A stretch of DNA of 32,000 bases from the NCBI GenBank assembly GCA_013306035.1, contig JABUBF010000006.1, forward strand, positions 1 through 32,000, written 5' to 3'. Under the pieces are notes generated by a model. The model did no database searches. It saw nothing but the letters and a program-made list of their open reading frames with translations, and was not told where the DNA came from. The stretch comes from Nitrososphaerota archaeon (GTDB lineage Archaea > Thermoproteota > Nitrososphaeria > Nitrososphaerales > UBA57). This document shows, in pieces, positions 1 through 8,680 of this stretch (its first letter is position 1; each line of letters opens with the position of its first letter). The position numbers and the translations under genes were made by a program.

Positions 1-157
1 CAGAACGACCGCCATATCCTCCAGAACGATTATTATCTCCTCCAGAACGACTGCCGTATCCTCCAGAACGACCGCCATATCCTCCAGAACGATTATTATC
101 TCCTCCAGAACGACTGCCGTATCCTCCAGAACGACCGCCATATCCTCCAGAACGATT
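1..157. repeat. Perfect 63-bp tandem repeat (2.5 copies visible, may continue left of the window), coding for a 21-aa GGY/RSGG unit of the helicase tail
   Basis: Bases 1-63 and 64-126 are identical, and 127-157 match the first 31 nt of the unit. The period is a multiple of 3 and in frame with the helicase. Confidence 0.9.
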
Positions 158-1423
158 GCCTCCGTAACGTCTGCCTCCTGACGAACTTCTATTCGGACTT
201 CCCCTACCGTATCTTGGAGAACCTCCTCTTCCATTTCTTCGTCCTGATTTAGCAAAACTTTCTTCGTCTAATGGAATCTCATATCTATAAATCTGCTTAC
301 CTTTGAAACTAGTGACATTAGTTTTAATCTCTCTTTTCAGTTCTACAAAATCTCTTGTTTCCCTGCCTGCAACTATTGTTATTGCCTTTCCAATAACTTC
401 TGTTCCTATCCTTGCAGTTCTTCCAATCCTGTGAAAATATGAATCTCTATTTTTTGGCACATTATAATTTATAATATAATCTACATTTTCAACATGTATT
501 CCTCTACTGAGCAAATCTGTTGCAACTATTATGCGTGTTCTTTTATCCTTGAAATTCCTCATAGATCTATCTCTTTGCGATTGACTCATGTCTCCATTTA
601 TTACTACTGCTTTAATTTCTAACCCTCTTAATACTTTATGTATTCTATTCGAGTCTGATTTTGTTCTACAGAATATTATTCCTTTTTCTGGTTTTATGTC
701 TTCTATTAATTCAATTAATAAATCTTGTTTATTCCTTTCACTATTTACACATAGATAATATTGCTCTAATTTTTCTTCTGAAATCTTATTATCTTCATGT
801 ATCATAATTCTTTTGGCTTGTGTTTGATATTTTTTTGCTAATTGAACAATTGGTTGAGGAAATGTAGCTGAAAATAACGCTGTTTGATGTTTATTTTCTA
901 TCGATCTTATTATGAATTCTATATCTTCAATAAATCCCATTTCTAACATTGTATCTGCTTCATCTATTACCAAAAATTTAACCCAATCAAGATTTACTAC
1001 TCCTCTTTCAATAAAATCAATTAATCTTCCAGGGGTGGCAACTATTAAACTTGGATTTCTTCTTATGGAAGCTTTTTGAATATTTGGTGATTCTCCACCA
1101 CACACTTTTGTCATTCTTAAGCTCTTATATCTTGAAATACTCTTTATTTCCTTACTTACCTGCTCTGATAATTCTCGTGTTGGTACCAAGATTAATGCTT
1201 CTATATCCCTTGTTTCAGCCTTTATCATCTGGACTATTGGAATCCCAAATGCTAATGTTTTTCCTGTTCCAGTATTTGACTGGGCTATTACATCTTCTCC
1301 ATCTAGAAGTAAGGGTATTGCTTTTTCCTGGATCTCCGTTGGCTCTTCTATTCCTTCTTTGCTTAATGTTGAAATTAATTCTTTATCAATTTCAATGTCA
1401 TTGAAAACTAACTTTATACTCAC
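1..1423 (-). CDS. DEAD-box ATP-dependent RNA helicase with Gly/Arg/Tyr-rich C-terminal repeat tail; C-terminus cut by window edge
   Basis: Own minus-strand translation from GTG at 1423 (in-frame stop just upstream at 1432-1430). It shows FNDIEIDKELISTLSKEGIEEPTEIQEKAIP (Q motif), AQSNTGTGKTLAF (motif I), VATPGRL, VIDEAD (motif II), SAT, LSRGIHV and HRIGRTAR (motif VI). The tail then reads ...GGYGGRSGGDNNRSGGYGSRSGG. It is absent from the ORF track because no stop lies within the window. Confidence 0.9.
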   Translation of the reverse strand, partial: MSIKLVFNDIEIDKELISTLSKEGIEEPTEIQEKAIPLLLDGEDVIAQSNTGTGKTLAFGIPIVQMIKAETRDIEALILVPTRELSEQVSKEIKSISRYKSLRMTKVCGGESPNIQKASIRRNPSLIVATPGRLIDFIERGVVNLDWVKFLVIDEADTMLEMGFIEDIEFIIRSIENKHQTALFSATFPQPIVQLAKKYQTQAKRIMIHEDNKISEEKLEQYYLCVNSERNKQDLLIELIEDIKPEKGIIFCRTKSDSNRIHKVLRGLEIKAVVINGDMSQSQRDRSMRNFKDKRTRIIVATDLLSRGIHVENVDYIINYNVPKNRDSYFHRIGRTARIGTEVIGKAITIVAGRETRDFVELKREIKTNVTSFKGKQIYRYEIPLDEESFAKSGRRNGRGGSPRYGRGSPNRSSSGGRRYGGNRSGGYGGRSGGYGSRSGGDNNRSGGYGGRSGGYGSRSGGDNNRSGGYGGRS

Positions 1424-1526
1424 TAATATTCACGAATATCAACCATGTGGTTGCTTATAAAATCCATGCCAAAAATTTATCAGATTACGACAATCTTAAT
1501 ATTTACCAAATTCGAGTTTTGAAGTA

Positions 1527-2813
1527 ATGTCAACCGATTATGATGTGATTATAGTTGGCGCAGGGCCTGCAGGTTCAGCAGCTGCATATAGCCTAGCAAA
1601 AAATGGGCATCATGTCTTAATGCTAGAACGCGGAAAGGAACCAGGCTCTAAAAATGTATATGGCGGCAGAATATACCCTTATTCTCTTTCCCAATTAATT
1701 CCTAATTTTGCAGAAGATGCTCCCATTGAACGAAACGTTACAAAAGAAAGTATTATGTTTATGACAGAGAAATCTAGTTTCCAAACTAATTTCTCTTCTG
1801 GCGAATCAGTTAATCATGGTTTTACTGCTTTTCGTTCTAAATTTGATAGTTGGTTTGCAAATAAAGCAGTCGACGCCGGTGCAGAATTATTTCCTGAAAT
1901 AAAAGTTGACGATGTTATTGTCGACGAAAATAAATCAATTATAGGAATAAAGAGTGGATCTGATGAAATCACTTCAAAATTAGTTATTGCTGCCGATGGT
2001 GCTACATCTATTATTGCTAAAAAAGCAGGACTTAGAAATCAATTCCAATCGGAACATTTTTCTGTTGGAGTTAAGGAAGTTATAGAACTACCTGAAGATG
2101 TAATTAATGATCGATTCTGCATTAACGATGATAAAGGCGCTGCATTAGTTTGTGTAGGTTTTCCAACTAACTATCTACGTGGCGGCGCATTCATTTATAC
2201 AAATAAATCTTCTATTTCAATTGGTCTAGTTGTTAAAGGCATTGATCTTGTTGACAATAAAACTAAAGTCTCATCGCTCATTAATAATTTCAAAAATCAT
2301 CCTGATATTTCTTGTATAGTAAAAGATGGTAAAGTAGCAGAATATAGCGCGCATTTAGTTCCGGAAGCAGGTTATAATATGTTGCCTAAATTATATGGAG
2401 ATGGAATATTGGTGTGCGGAGATGCTGCAGGTATGTTGCTCAATAACGGGTATACATTTCGCGGTGTTGATCTTGCCATATCCTCTGGAATAGCTGCTGC
2501 AGAAACCTTTATGACATCTCAAAAAATCAATGATTTCTCAAATTCATCCTTATCTAATTATGAAAAATTACTTTACAAATATAACGTACTTACTGATATC
2601 AAAAAATTCAAAAAAGGACCCAAGTATATGGAAAATAAACGACTTTATTCTGATTATCCTAGGTTGATTTGTAATATTTTTGAAAATCTCTATAATATTG
2701 ACGGAAACTCTCAAAAACTTATGCGTGAAATTATTCGCAGCTCTATGAAGAATAATAAAGTTTCATCAATTAATTTGATATTGGATTCTCTTAAGGGATC
2801 TAATGCTCTTTAA
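1527..2813 (+). CDS. fixC: FixC-type FAD-dependent ETF-quinone oxidoreductase
   Basis: N-terminal DVIIVGAGPAGSAAA...LERG...GSKNVYGGRIYPYSL...APIERNVTKE. Later AEYSAHLVPEAGYNMLP...GDGILVCGDAAGM...GYTFRGVDLAISSG. It is collinear with my memory of E. coli FixC along its full length and lies next to the ETF genes. Confidence 0.85.
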   Translation: MSTDYDVIIVGAGPAGSAAAYSLAKNGHHVLMLERGKEPGSKNVYGGRIYPYSLSQLIPNFAEDAPIERNVTKESIMFMTEKSSFQTNFSSGESVNHGFTAFRSKFDSWFANKAVDAGAELFPEIKVDDVIVDENKSIIGIKSGSDEITSKLVIAADGATSIIAKKAGLRNQFQSEHFSVGVKEVIELPEDVINDRFCINDDKGAALVCVGFPTNYLRGGAFIYTNKSSISIGLVVKGIDLVDNKTKVSSLINNFKNHPDISCIVKDGKVAEYSAHLVPEAGYNMLPKLYGDGILVCGDAAGMLLNNGYTFRGVDLAISSGIAAAETFMTSQKINDFSNSSLSNYEKLLYKYNVLTDIKKFKKGPKYMENKRLYSDYPRLICNIFENLYNIDGNSQKLMREIIRSSMKNNKVSSINLILDSLKGSNAL

Positions 2814-2814
2814 T

Positions 2815-3795
2815 TTATTTATTTTTTAATTTAGTAATTAATTCTGGAATTATCTCGAACAAGTCACCTACTATTCCATAGTCGGCAAATTTGAAAATTG
2901 GCGCATTTTTGTCTTTATTCACGGCTACTATACATTTTGAATTTATCATCCCAACTTGATGTTGTATAGCTCCTGATATTCCGAATGCAATGTATAAATT
3001 CGGCGAAACAATTTTGCCTGTTTGCCCTACTTGTTCTGAATGTGGTCTCCAACCTGCATCAACTACTGCTCTTGATGCACCAACTGCTGCATTAAGAATT
3101 TCTGCTAATTCTTCAATTAATTTAAAATTCTCTGGTTCCTTCATTCCTCTTCCTCCAGATACTATTGTTGAAGCTTCTGATACATCCAATACCTCTTTTT
3201 GTGGCTGTATTATTTCTCTTAATATTGGTAATTTCTTATCTTTTGATATATTAACATCAATTTGTTTTATCGAAATCTCATTTGCTTCAATTTTCTCAAT
3301 TGCAAATGAATTTGACTTCAATGAAACTACTATCGGGGTTTTACTGAATCTTAATGTCTGAATAATCTTTCCAGCAAAAATTGGACGTTTTATCTCATAT
3401 CCATCTTCTACTATTGAAATATCTATACATTCAGTTACTAAATTATAACCTATATTGGCTGCTATTCTTGGCGCTAAATCTTTTCCAATTGAACTACCTG
3501 AAAATAATATTATTTCTGGTTTCAATTCATTTATTGTATGCAGTAATGAATCTCTGTATAATTCAGGTGAATATTTACTTATTTTGTCTGTAGATCCAAT
3601 TAACAATGAATTTATCCCAAATTCATTAATCTGCGTAGAATTATTCTTCTCATATTCTCCTATAATAATTACCTTATTGTCTAGATTCTTCTTTGATGAT
3701 ATCTTTCTAGCCTCTGAAAGTAATTCTAATGCCGAATTCTTAATTTCTTTATTCTTAGATTCAATTACAGTTAGTATACATGACATAAATATCAC
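2815..3795 (-). CDS. etfA: Electron transfer flavoprotein alpha subunit (FixB/EtfA)
   Basis: 326 aa. The C-terminal FAD-binding half carries VSGGRGM...RAVVDAGW...QVGQTGKIVSP.LYIAFGISGAIQH..G. It directly abuts the etfB stop. Confidence 0.85.
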   Translation of the reverse strand: MIFMSCILTVIESKNKEIKNSALELLSEARKISSKKNLDNKVIIIGEYEKNNSTQINEFGINSLLIGSTDKISKYSPELYRDSLLHTINELKPEIILFSGSSIGKDLAPRIAANIGYNLVTECIDISIVEDGYEIKRPIFAGKIIQTLRFSKTPIVVSLKSNSFAIEKIEANEISIKQIDVNISKDKKLPILREIIQPQKEVLDVSEASTIVSGGRGMKEPENFKLIEELAEILNAAVGASRAVVDAGWRPHSEQVGQTGKIVSPNLYIAFGISGAIQHQVGMINSKCIVAVNKDKNAPIFKFADYGIVGDLFEIIPELITKLKNK

Positions 3796-4551
3796 CTAGA
3801 TTAATTTTCTCTCTTCTCTAAGTATTCTTATTAACTCAGGAACTGCTGATTTATCTTCTCCAATGATTATCCCTTCTTCTCTCTTCTTTGGATATTCTAA
3901 TCTAATTAACTCTGAATTATTATTGTCATTAACATCAACATCTATTGTATTGATTGATTTCTTCTTGGCTGCCATCAAATCTTTTAATGAAGGATATCGT
4001 AATTCGTTTTTACCTTTTTCATGTGTTATAATTACTGGAAATTCTCCTTCAAATACCTCTACCGAACCTTCTACTTCTCTATTTGCTACAATCTTATTAT
4101 CTTCTATAACAAATTCTGAACAATTTGAAATACATGGTATGCCATTAATTTCTCCAATTATCATTCCTACTTGATTATTATCTTGATCAACTGATTTCTT
4201 CCCGAATAATATCAGATCATATTGTTTCTTCTTTATCTCATTTGTGATTATGTTAGCTATTGCCATACAATCATTAATTGAATTATCTGTTTGAAGATGT
4301 ATTGCTTCATCGGCTCCCATTGCTAATGCCTTCGTTAAAGATTGTTTCACACGTTCTGGCCCAAGTGAAATTACCGTAATATTTATAGTATTGTCTTTAT
4401 CCTTCAATCTCAGAGCTTCTTCTAGTGCATATTCATCAAATGGATTGATTCCATATTTTATTCCATTATCCTCGATTGTTTTATTATCTTCTGAAATTTT
4501 TAGTTGTGACGCTGTATCTGGTACTTGTTTTATACACACTGCAATGTTCAT
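3796..4551 (-). CDS. etfB: Electron transfer flavoprotein beta subunit (FixA/EtfB)
   Basis: 251 aa. MNIAVCIKQVPD...INPFDEYALEEALRLK... is a typical ETF-beta N-terminus. It is operonic with etfA. Confidence 0.85.
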   Translation of the reverse strand: MNIAVCIKQVPDTASQLKISEDNKTIEDNGIKYGINPFDEYALEEALRLKDKDNTINITVISLGPERVKQSLTKALAMGADEAIHLQTDNSINDCMAIANIITNEIKKKQYDLILFGKKSVDQDNNQVGMIIGEINGIPCISNCSEFVIEDNKIVANREVEGSVEVFEGEFPVIITHEKGKNELRYPSLKDLMAAKKKSINTIDVDVNDNNNSELIRLEYPKKREEGIIIGEDKSAVPELIRILREERKLI

Positions 4552-4632
4552 ATCAAGATTTCCATAAGTTCTTTTTACATTTTACCTTTGCGATATCGTT
4601 TTATTTCTTATTTACTATTTTTAATGATATAA

Positions 4633-5994
4633 TTGACTAATAAGAAACTTTTTGGAACAAATGGCATTAGATTCATTCCTGGTAAGGACTACGGCCTTGA
4701 TTTTATTGTAAATATGGGTCTGAGTATTGGTTCCTTTTTTGAAGGCAATAATATAATAGTTGGATATGATGGCCGTCATTCTAGCCCTTCTATTTCTCGT
4801 GCTATCTCTGCAGGATTAATGGAATCTGGAAAGAACGTTGTTTTTGCTAATATGGTCCCAACTCCTAGCATTCAATTAATTACAAAGAATTCTTTTGACG
4901 GCGGCGTAATGATTACTGCATCTCATAATCCTGCTGAATATAACGGAATCAAAGTAATTTCTTCTACTGGAATTGAAGTTTCAAGATCCGACGAAAACAT
5001 AATTGAGGATATCTATTTCCAGAAAAAATATTCAAGAAAAGATTGGCAAGGAGTAGGAAATATGACATTTAATAGTTCTGTAATAACTGATTATATCAAT
5101 TCTGTAATAAAAAATGTTGATTCTTCGTCTATCAAAAAGCGTAAACTAAAAATTGTTATCGATTCTGGAAATGGCACTCAGGCCTTAAGTGCCCCATTTA
5201 TTGCTGAAGATCTTGGATGCGAAGTAATCACTCTAAATAATCATATCGATGGGAATTTCTCTGGACGTGGAGGTGAGCCTACTCCTAAAACATTAGATTT
5301 TCTATCTAAATCTGTTATTGAAAACAATGCAGATATTGGCGTTGGATATGACGGAGATGGTGATAGAAGTATATTCTGCGATGAAACTGGTACTGTTTTT
5401 TGGGGTGATAAATCAGGAACTCTTGTAGGAGAACATCTTATTCAAAAAGGTATTAAATCTCCTATTGTTACCACTATTGCTACTTCACAAATAATTGAAA
5501 AAATTGCATCAAAATATGACGTTGAAGTGTATCGTACTAAAGTAGGTAGTGTAGACGTTTCACATAAAATGATAGAATTAGATTCTAAATTCGGTTTTGA
5601 AGAAAATGGCGGATGCCTTTATTCTCCTCATGTTGCCGTAAGAGACGGAGCAATGGGTACTGCACTTATGCTTGAATTGTTGTCTTTTTCAGATAAAAAA
5701 CTCTCTCAACATCTTTCTATTTTACCACAATTTTATCAGCACAAGACTAAATTCTCCTGTCCAATTAATTCTCGTGACTCGATTATTTCTAACATTGCAT
5801 CTTCTTTATCTGAAACAATTAATCAAACTGACGGTCTTAAAATTCTCTGGAATGATAACAGTTGGTCTTTAATTCGTCCAAGTGGAACTGAACCTATTAT
5901 AAGATTATTTAGTGAATCTGATAGCCAAACTCATTTAGACACAATAACTGAGAACTGTTCAAAATTGATTAACGATTTAATTAATGACTTGTAG
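4633..5994 (+). CDS. Phosphohexomutase (phosphoglucosamine / phosphomanno-/phosphoglucomutase family)
   Basis: Catalytic Ser loop TASHNPAEYNGIK, Mg loop GYDGDGDR, sugar loop GFEENGG and phosphate loop RPSGTEP. The start is TTG, with no in-frame ATG nearby. Confidence 0.8.
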   Translation: MTNKKLFGTNGIRFIPGKDYGLDFIVNMGLSIGSFFEGNNIIVGYDGRHSSPSISRAISAGLMESGKNVVFANMVPTPSIQLITKNSFDGGVMITASHNPAEYNGIKVISSTGIEVSRSDENIIEDIYFQKKYSRKDWQGVGNMTFNSSVITDYINSVIKNVDSSSIKKRKLKIVIDSGNGTQALSAPFIAEDLGCEVITLNNHIDGNFSGRGGEPTPKTLDFLSKSVIENNADIGVGYDGDGDRSIFCDETGTVFWGDKSGTLVGEHLIQKGIKSPIVTTIATSQIIEKIASKYDVEVYRTKVGSVDVSHKMIELDSKFGFEENGGCLYSPHVAVRDGAMGTALMLELLSFSDKKLSQHLSILPQFYQHKTKFSCPINSRDSIISNIASSLSETINQTDGLKILWNDNSWSLIRPSGTEPIIRLFSESDSQTHLDTITENCSKLINDLINDL

Positions 5995-7297
5995 AGTCAC
6001 TGAGTAAATTCTTTATCTGATTCTCATATTCATCAATTAAATCCCGTGCATCTTTCTCATTATTTGCCTCAACTGACAATCTTATGCATTTCTCTGTATT
6101 TGATGGCCTAATTAATACCCATTTATCATCATTAGGCGTGATCTTTATTCCATCAATGAATGTTACATTATCTAATTTCAAAAAATGTTCTTTTATTACA
6201 TCGAAATTTTCTGGATTCGTCTTTATCTTTATCCTTTTTTGTTTAAATTTCTCAATGTCCGAGAATATACTATCTAAATTTCCATAATTCTCCACTAACC
6301 TCGAAACCATTAAAGCTAATAGAATTCCATCTCTACATAAATTAAATTCCGGATAAATAAATCCTCCACTACTGCCTTCTCCTCCTACCTGACATTTCTC
6401 ACTTTGAATCTTTTCTAATACACTAATTTCTCCTACTGGTGTTGTATGTATCTCACAATTGATTTTTTTTAGATAATTGATTATGGATAAGGAACTGTCT
6501 ATACTAATTGCCGCTTTTTCCAATTTAAATCTCTGTTCAATATATTTTATACCTGCTAATAGAGAAAAATCAGGAGGGATCTTATCACCTCTTTCATTTA
6601 GTATTACTAATCTGTCAACATCTGCATCAAATGCAAATCCTACATTGCACTCATTTTCTACTATTAATTTTGAAAGTGATTTCAATGGATCCTCAGTCGG
6701 ATCAATTATTCGATTAAATGTTCCTGACGAGTCATTTACTGTATAAACCCGACATCCTAGTTTTATAAAAATATCTTTCACAAATATACACGCTGCCCCT
6801 CCTCCTAAATCCATACCTATTTTTAACCCATGAAATCTCTCGTCTTTAAAGAATTCGAGTAAATCATCGTAATAACATGTTTCTAGTTCTTTCTTTGTAC
6901 CCGTGAATGAATAATTCTTTATGTTTTTGTTATTCAATTCATCTGGTTTAATTATTCTTCCTGGCCTAATGATTAATTTTAAACCGTTCCATTCTTTTGG
7001 ATTGTGTGAAGATGTTATACATACTCCTCCGTCTAAATTATTCTTTTTAACATGACGAAATACTGATGGTGTTGACGTTACTCCTAAATCCTCTACATTG
7101 CACCCTTCTGCTAATAGACATGAAAGAACTACTTGATGAAGCATTTCTGACGTTGATCTCGTATCCCTCCCAATTGCACAAGTTTTTATCTCCTTTGAAC
7201 TGACAAAATTATAAATCGTGTCTAATATGTCATTACCGAACAAATCTTCTCCCATTATGCCTCTTAACCCGGATATCGTTAAAACAGCCACATTCAT
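5981..7297 (-). CDS. Second, divergent phosphohexomutase paralogue
   Basis: TSSHNPKEWNGLK, FDADVDR, GGEGSSGG and RPSNTEK loops in the canonical order. It is convergent with the previous gene and overlaps its 3' end by 14 nt. Confidence 0.75.
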   Translation of the reverse strand: MNVAVLTISGLRGIMGEDLFGNDILDTIYNFVSSKEIKTCAIGRDTRSTSEMLHQVVLSCLLAEGCNVEDLGVTSTPSVFRHVKKNNLDGGVCITSSHNPKEWNGLKLIIRPGRIIKPDELNNKNIKNYSFTGTKKELETCYYDDLLEFFKDERFHGLKIGMDLGGGAACIFVKDIFIKLGCRVYTVNDSSGTFNRIIDPTEDPLKSLSKLIVENECNVGFAFDADVDRLVILNERGDKIPPDFSLLAGIKYIEQRFKLEKAAISIDSSLSIINYLKKINCEIHTTPVGEISVLEKIQSEKCQVGGEGSSGGFIYPEFNLCRDGILLALMVSRLVENYGNLDSIFSDIEKFKQKRIKIKTNPENFDVIKEHFLKLDNVTFIDGIKITPNDDKWVLIRPSNTEKCIRLSVEANNEKDARDLIDEYENQIKNLLSDSTSH

Positions 7298-7373
7298 ATT
7301 ATATTGGACCTGATGTTAACTTTTGCCATGAATTAGCAACATTTTTGACCAACAGTTCTATTGAGTATAATTA

Positions 7374-7814
7374 ATGATTAGATTTCCTTTCAAAGCTAAT
7401 TCCAAATATTTCTATGCATTTCTTTCAATAATTGCAGTTAGCCTGATACTTCTAGTAATCACTCGAGCAGTACGTGGTTTGTCTGCAATTGTACTGAGTA
7501 TATTAACTATATTGATCTTTCTTTATTGGTCTAATGAGATAAGACTAATTCTAAAAAAACAACCTGGATTGGGAATAATTCGTTCATCAAACAAATTCAC
7601 TTACGAGTCTATAGACACTAATAACGGGTTGAATATAATTGCACAAATTACTGGACAACATTCTGAACTGAAAGTCGTATTCATCCCTGGAAAAATTATT
7701 ATAACTAGCAATAATGGTCTATCTGAAAAAATTAAAATACCAAAAAATCTTCTACTTAAGAAACACGATTTCAAAAATGGTACTTTGATTATTAATTTAT
7801 TATATGATATCTAA
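7374..7814 (+). CDS. Membrane protein with two N-terminal TM helices and a C-terminal Hsp20/alpha-crystallin-like segment (tentative)
   Basis: Hydrophobic stretches FYAFLSIIAVSLILLVI and LSAIVLSILTILIFLYW. The C-terminal pattern YESIDTNNGLNIIAQITG...LKVVFIPGKIIITS...KIKIPKNL...FKNGTLIINL resembles the sHSP core (…NGVL.I.L). Confidence 0.4.
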   Translation: MIRFPFKANSKYFYAFLSIIAVSLILLVITRAVRGLSAIVLSILTILIFLYWSNEIRLILKKQPGLGIIRSSNKFTYESIDTNNGLNIIAQITGQHSELKVVFIPGKIIITSNNGLSEKIKIPKNLLLKKHDFKNGTLIINLLYDI

Positions 7815-8329
7815 ATAAATAAAATTTCAATTAAAGCTCCTATTCCAAGTAAGACGAAATTAATTATTATTATTGCCAAGACTCTTGTAAATTCTATCTT
7901 GAATTTTCTTTTAACTAATCCGCGTATTATGTATATACTCTCTGTCATACTCGCTGCATACGCTATGAATTCTAACCAGAAAAATGGGGTTAATGCCGTT
8001 AATCCATATAGTAATATTCCAGAAAACCCTACACTCGCACCTGCCGCTCCAAATACCATTCCTGTCTGAAAAATTACTAACAACCCGAATACGAATCCCA
8101 ATATCGGTAATAACATTATTAATGAAATTCGATAATTATTCAAGAAAATTTTCTTTACATCAATGTCGTCTGGAATTAATTCTTTAGCTTCTTCTAATAT
8201 TTCTGATACTTGTTCTACATTCAACGGGAATGCAGATCCAATTGCTCCAATTAGTACTGTGAATATAAGAACGAAAATAAATGAATTAATCCAATATTTT
8301 GGGAAAATATATTTGATTCTATTTCGCAT
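7811..8329 (-). CDS. Polytopic membrane protein, SpoIIM/DUF95-like (tentative)
   Basis: 172 aa with about 5 TM segments. The FLNNYRISLIMLLPILG...FQTGMVFG pattern is reminiscent of the SpoIIM family. It overlaps the convergent upstream gene by 4 nt. Confidence 0.45.
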   Translation of the reverse strand: MRNRIKYIFPKYWINSFIFVLIFTVLIGAIGSAFPLNVEQVSEILEEAKELIPDDIDVKKIFLNNYRISLIMLLPILGFVFGLLVIFQTGMVFGAAGASVGFSGILLYGLTALTPFFWLEFIAYAASMTESIYIIRGLVKRKFKIEFTRVLAIIIINFVLLGIGALIEILFI

Positions 8330-8337
8330 AATTGAAT

Positions 8338-8619
8338 CTATAAGTTTAATATGATAAATAATATGCCCAATGCTGTTGTCATAGTGGCTAATGTAACAAC
8401 TACTGCTAATCCTGCACCTCTTGGTCTTGGCGTACCACCTTTGAATAATCCTCCAGGAATTAACATTAGACCTAATGCTAATACAAACATCGATGTTGCA
8501 TGCAAGCCTTGAATGAATGTATCAGCCGGAAACAAAAAATTTGTATCATACGACGCCCAAATACCAAATGCACCAGCAATTGTAAATGCCAATGCTGGAA
8601 ACAGTATTTCCCAATCCAT
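8338..8619 (-). CDS. Small hydrophobic membrane protein (3 predicted TM), unknown function
   Basis: 93-aa ORF, strongly hydrophobic, on the same strand and closely spaced with its neighbours. Confidence 0.45.
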   Translation of the reverse strand: MDWEILFPALAFTIAGAFGIWASYDTNFLFPADTFIQGLHATSMFVLALGLMLIPGGLFKGGTPRPRGAGLAVVVTLATMTTALGILFIILNL

Positions 8620-8680
8620 GAAAAAATCATGTATTTATAAAAATAAAAACCTTGCTTTCTCGTTAAAATTCATTAATTAT

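Noticed and set aside
1-157. Regular direct repeats that could suggest a CRISPR array or minisatellite
   Set aside because: The copies are contiguous with no spacers. The period is 63 bp, in frame and coding for the helicase RGG tail. No cas genes are present.
1051-1404. 117-aa plus-strand ORF
   Set aside because: It lies antisense to the DEAD-box helicase motif I region. The hydrophobic L/F-rich translation is typical of a shadow frame in AT-rich DNA.
2990-4174. Plus-strand ORFs (123, 70, 114 and 103 aa) within etfA/etfB
   Set aside because: They are antisense to well-supported ETF genes and have no motifs.
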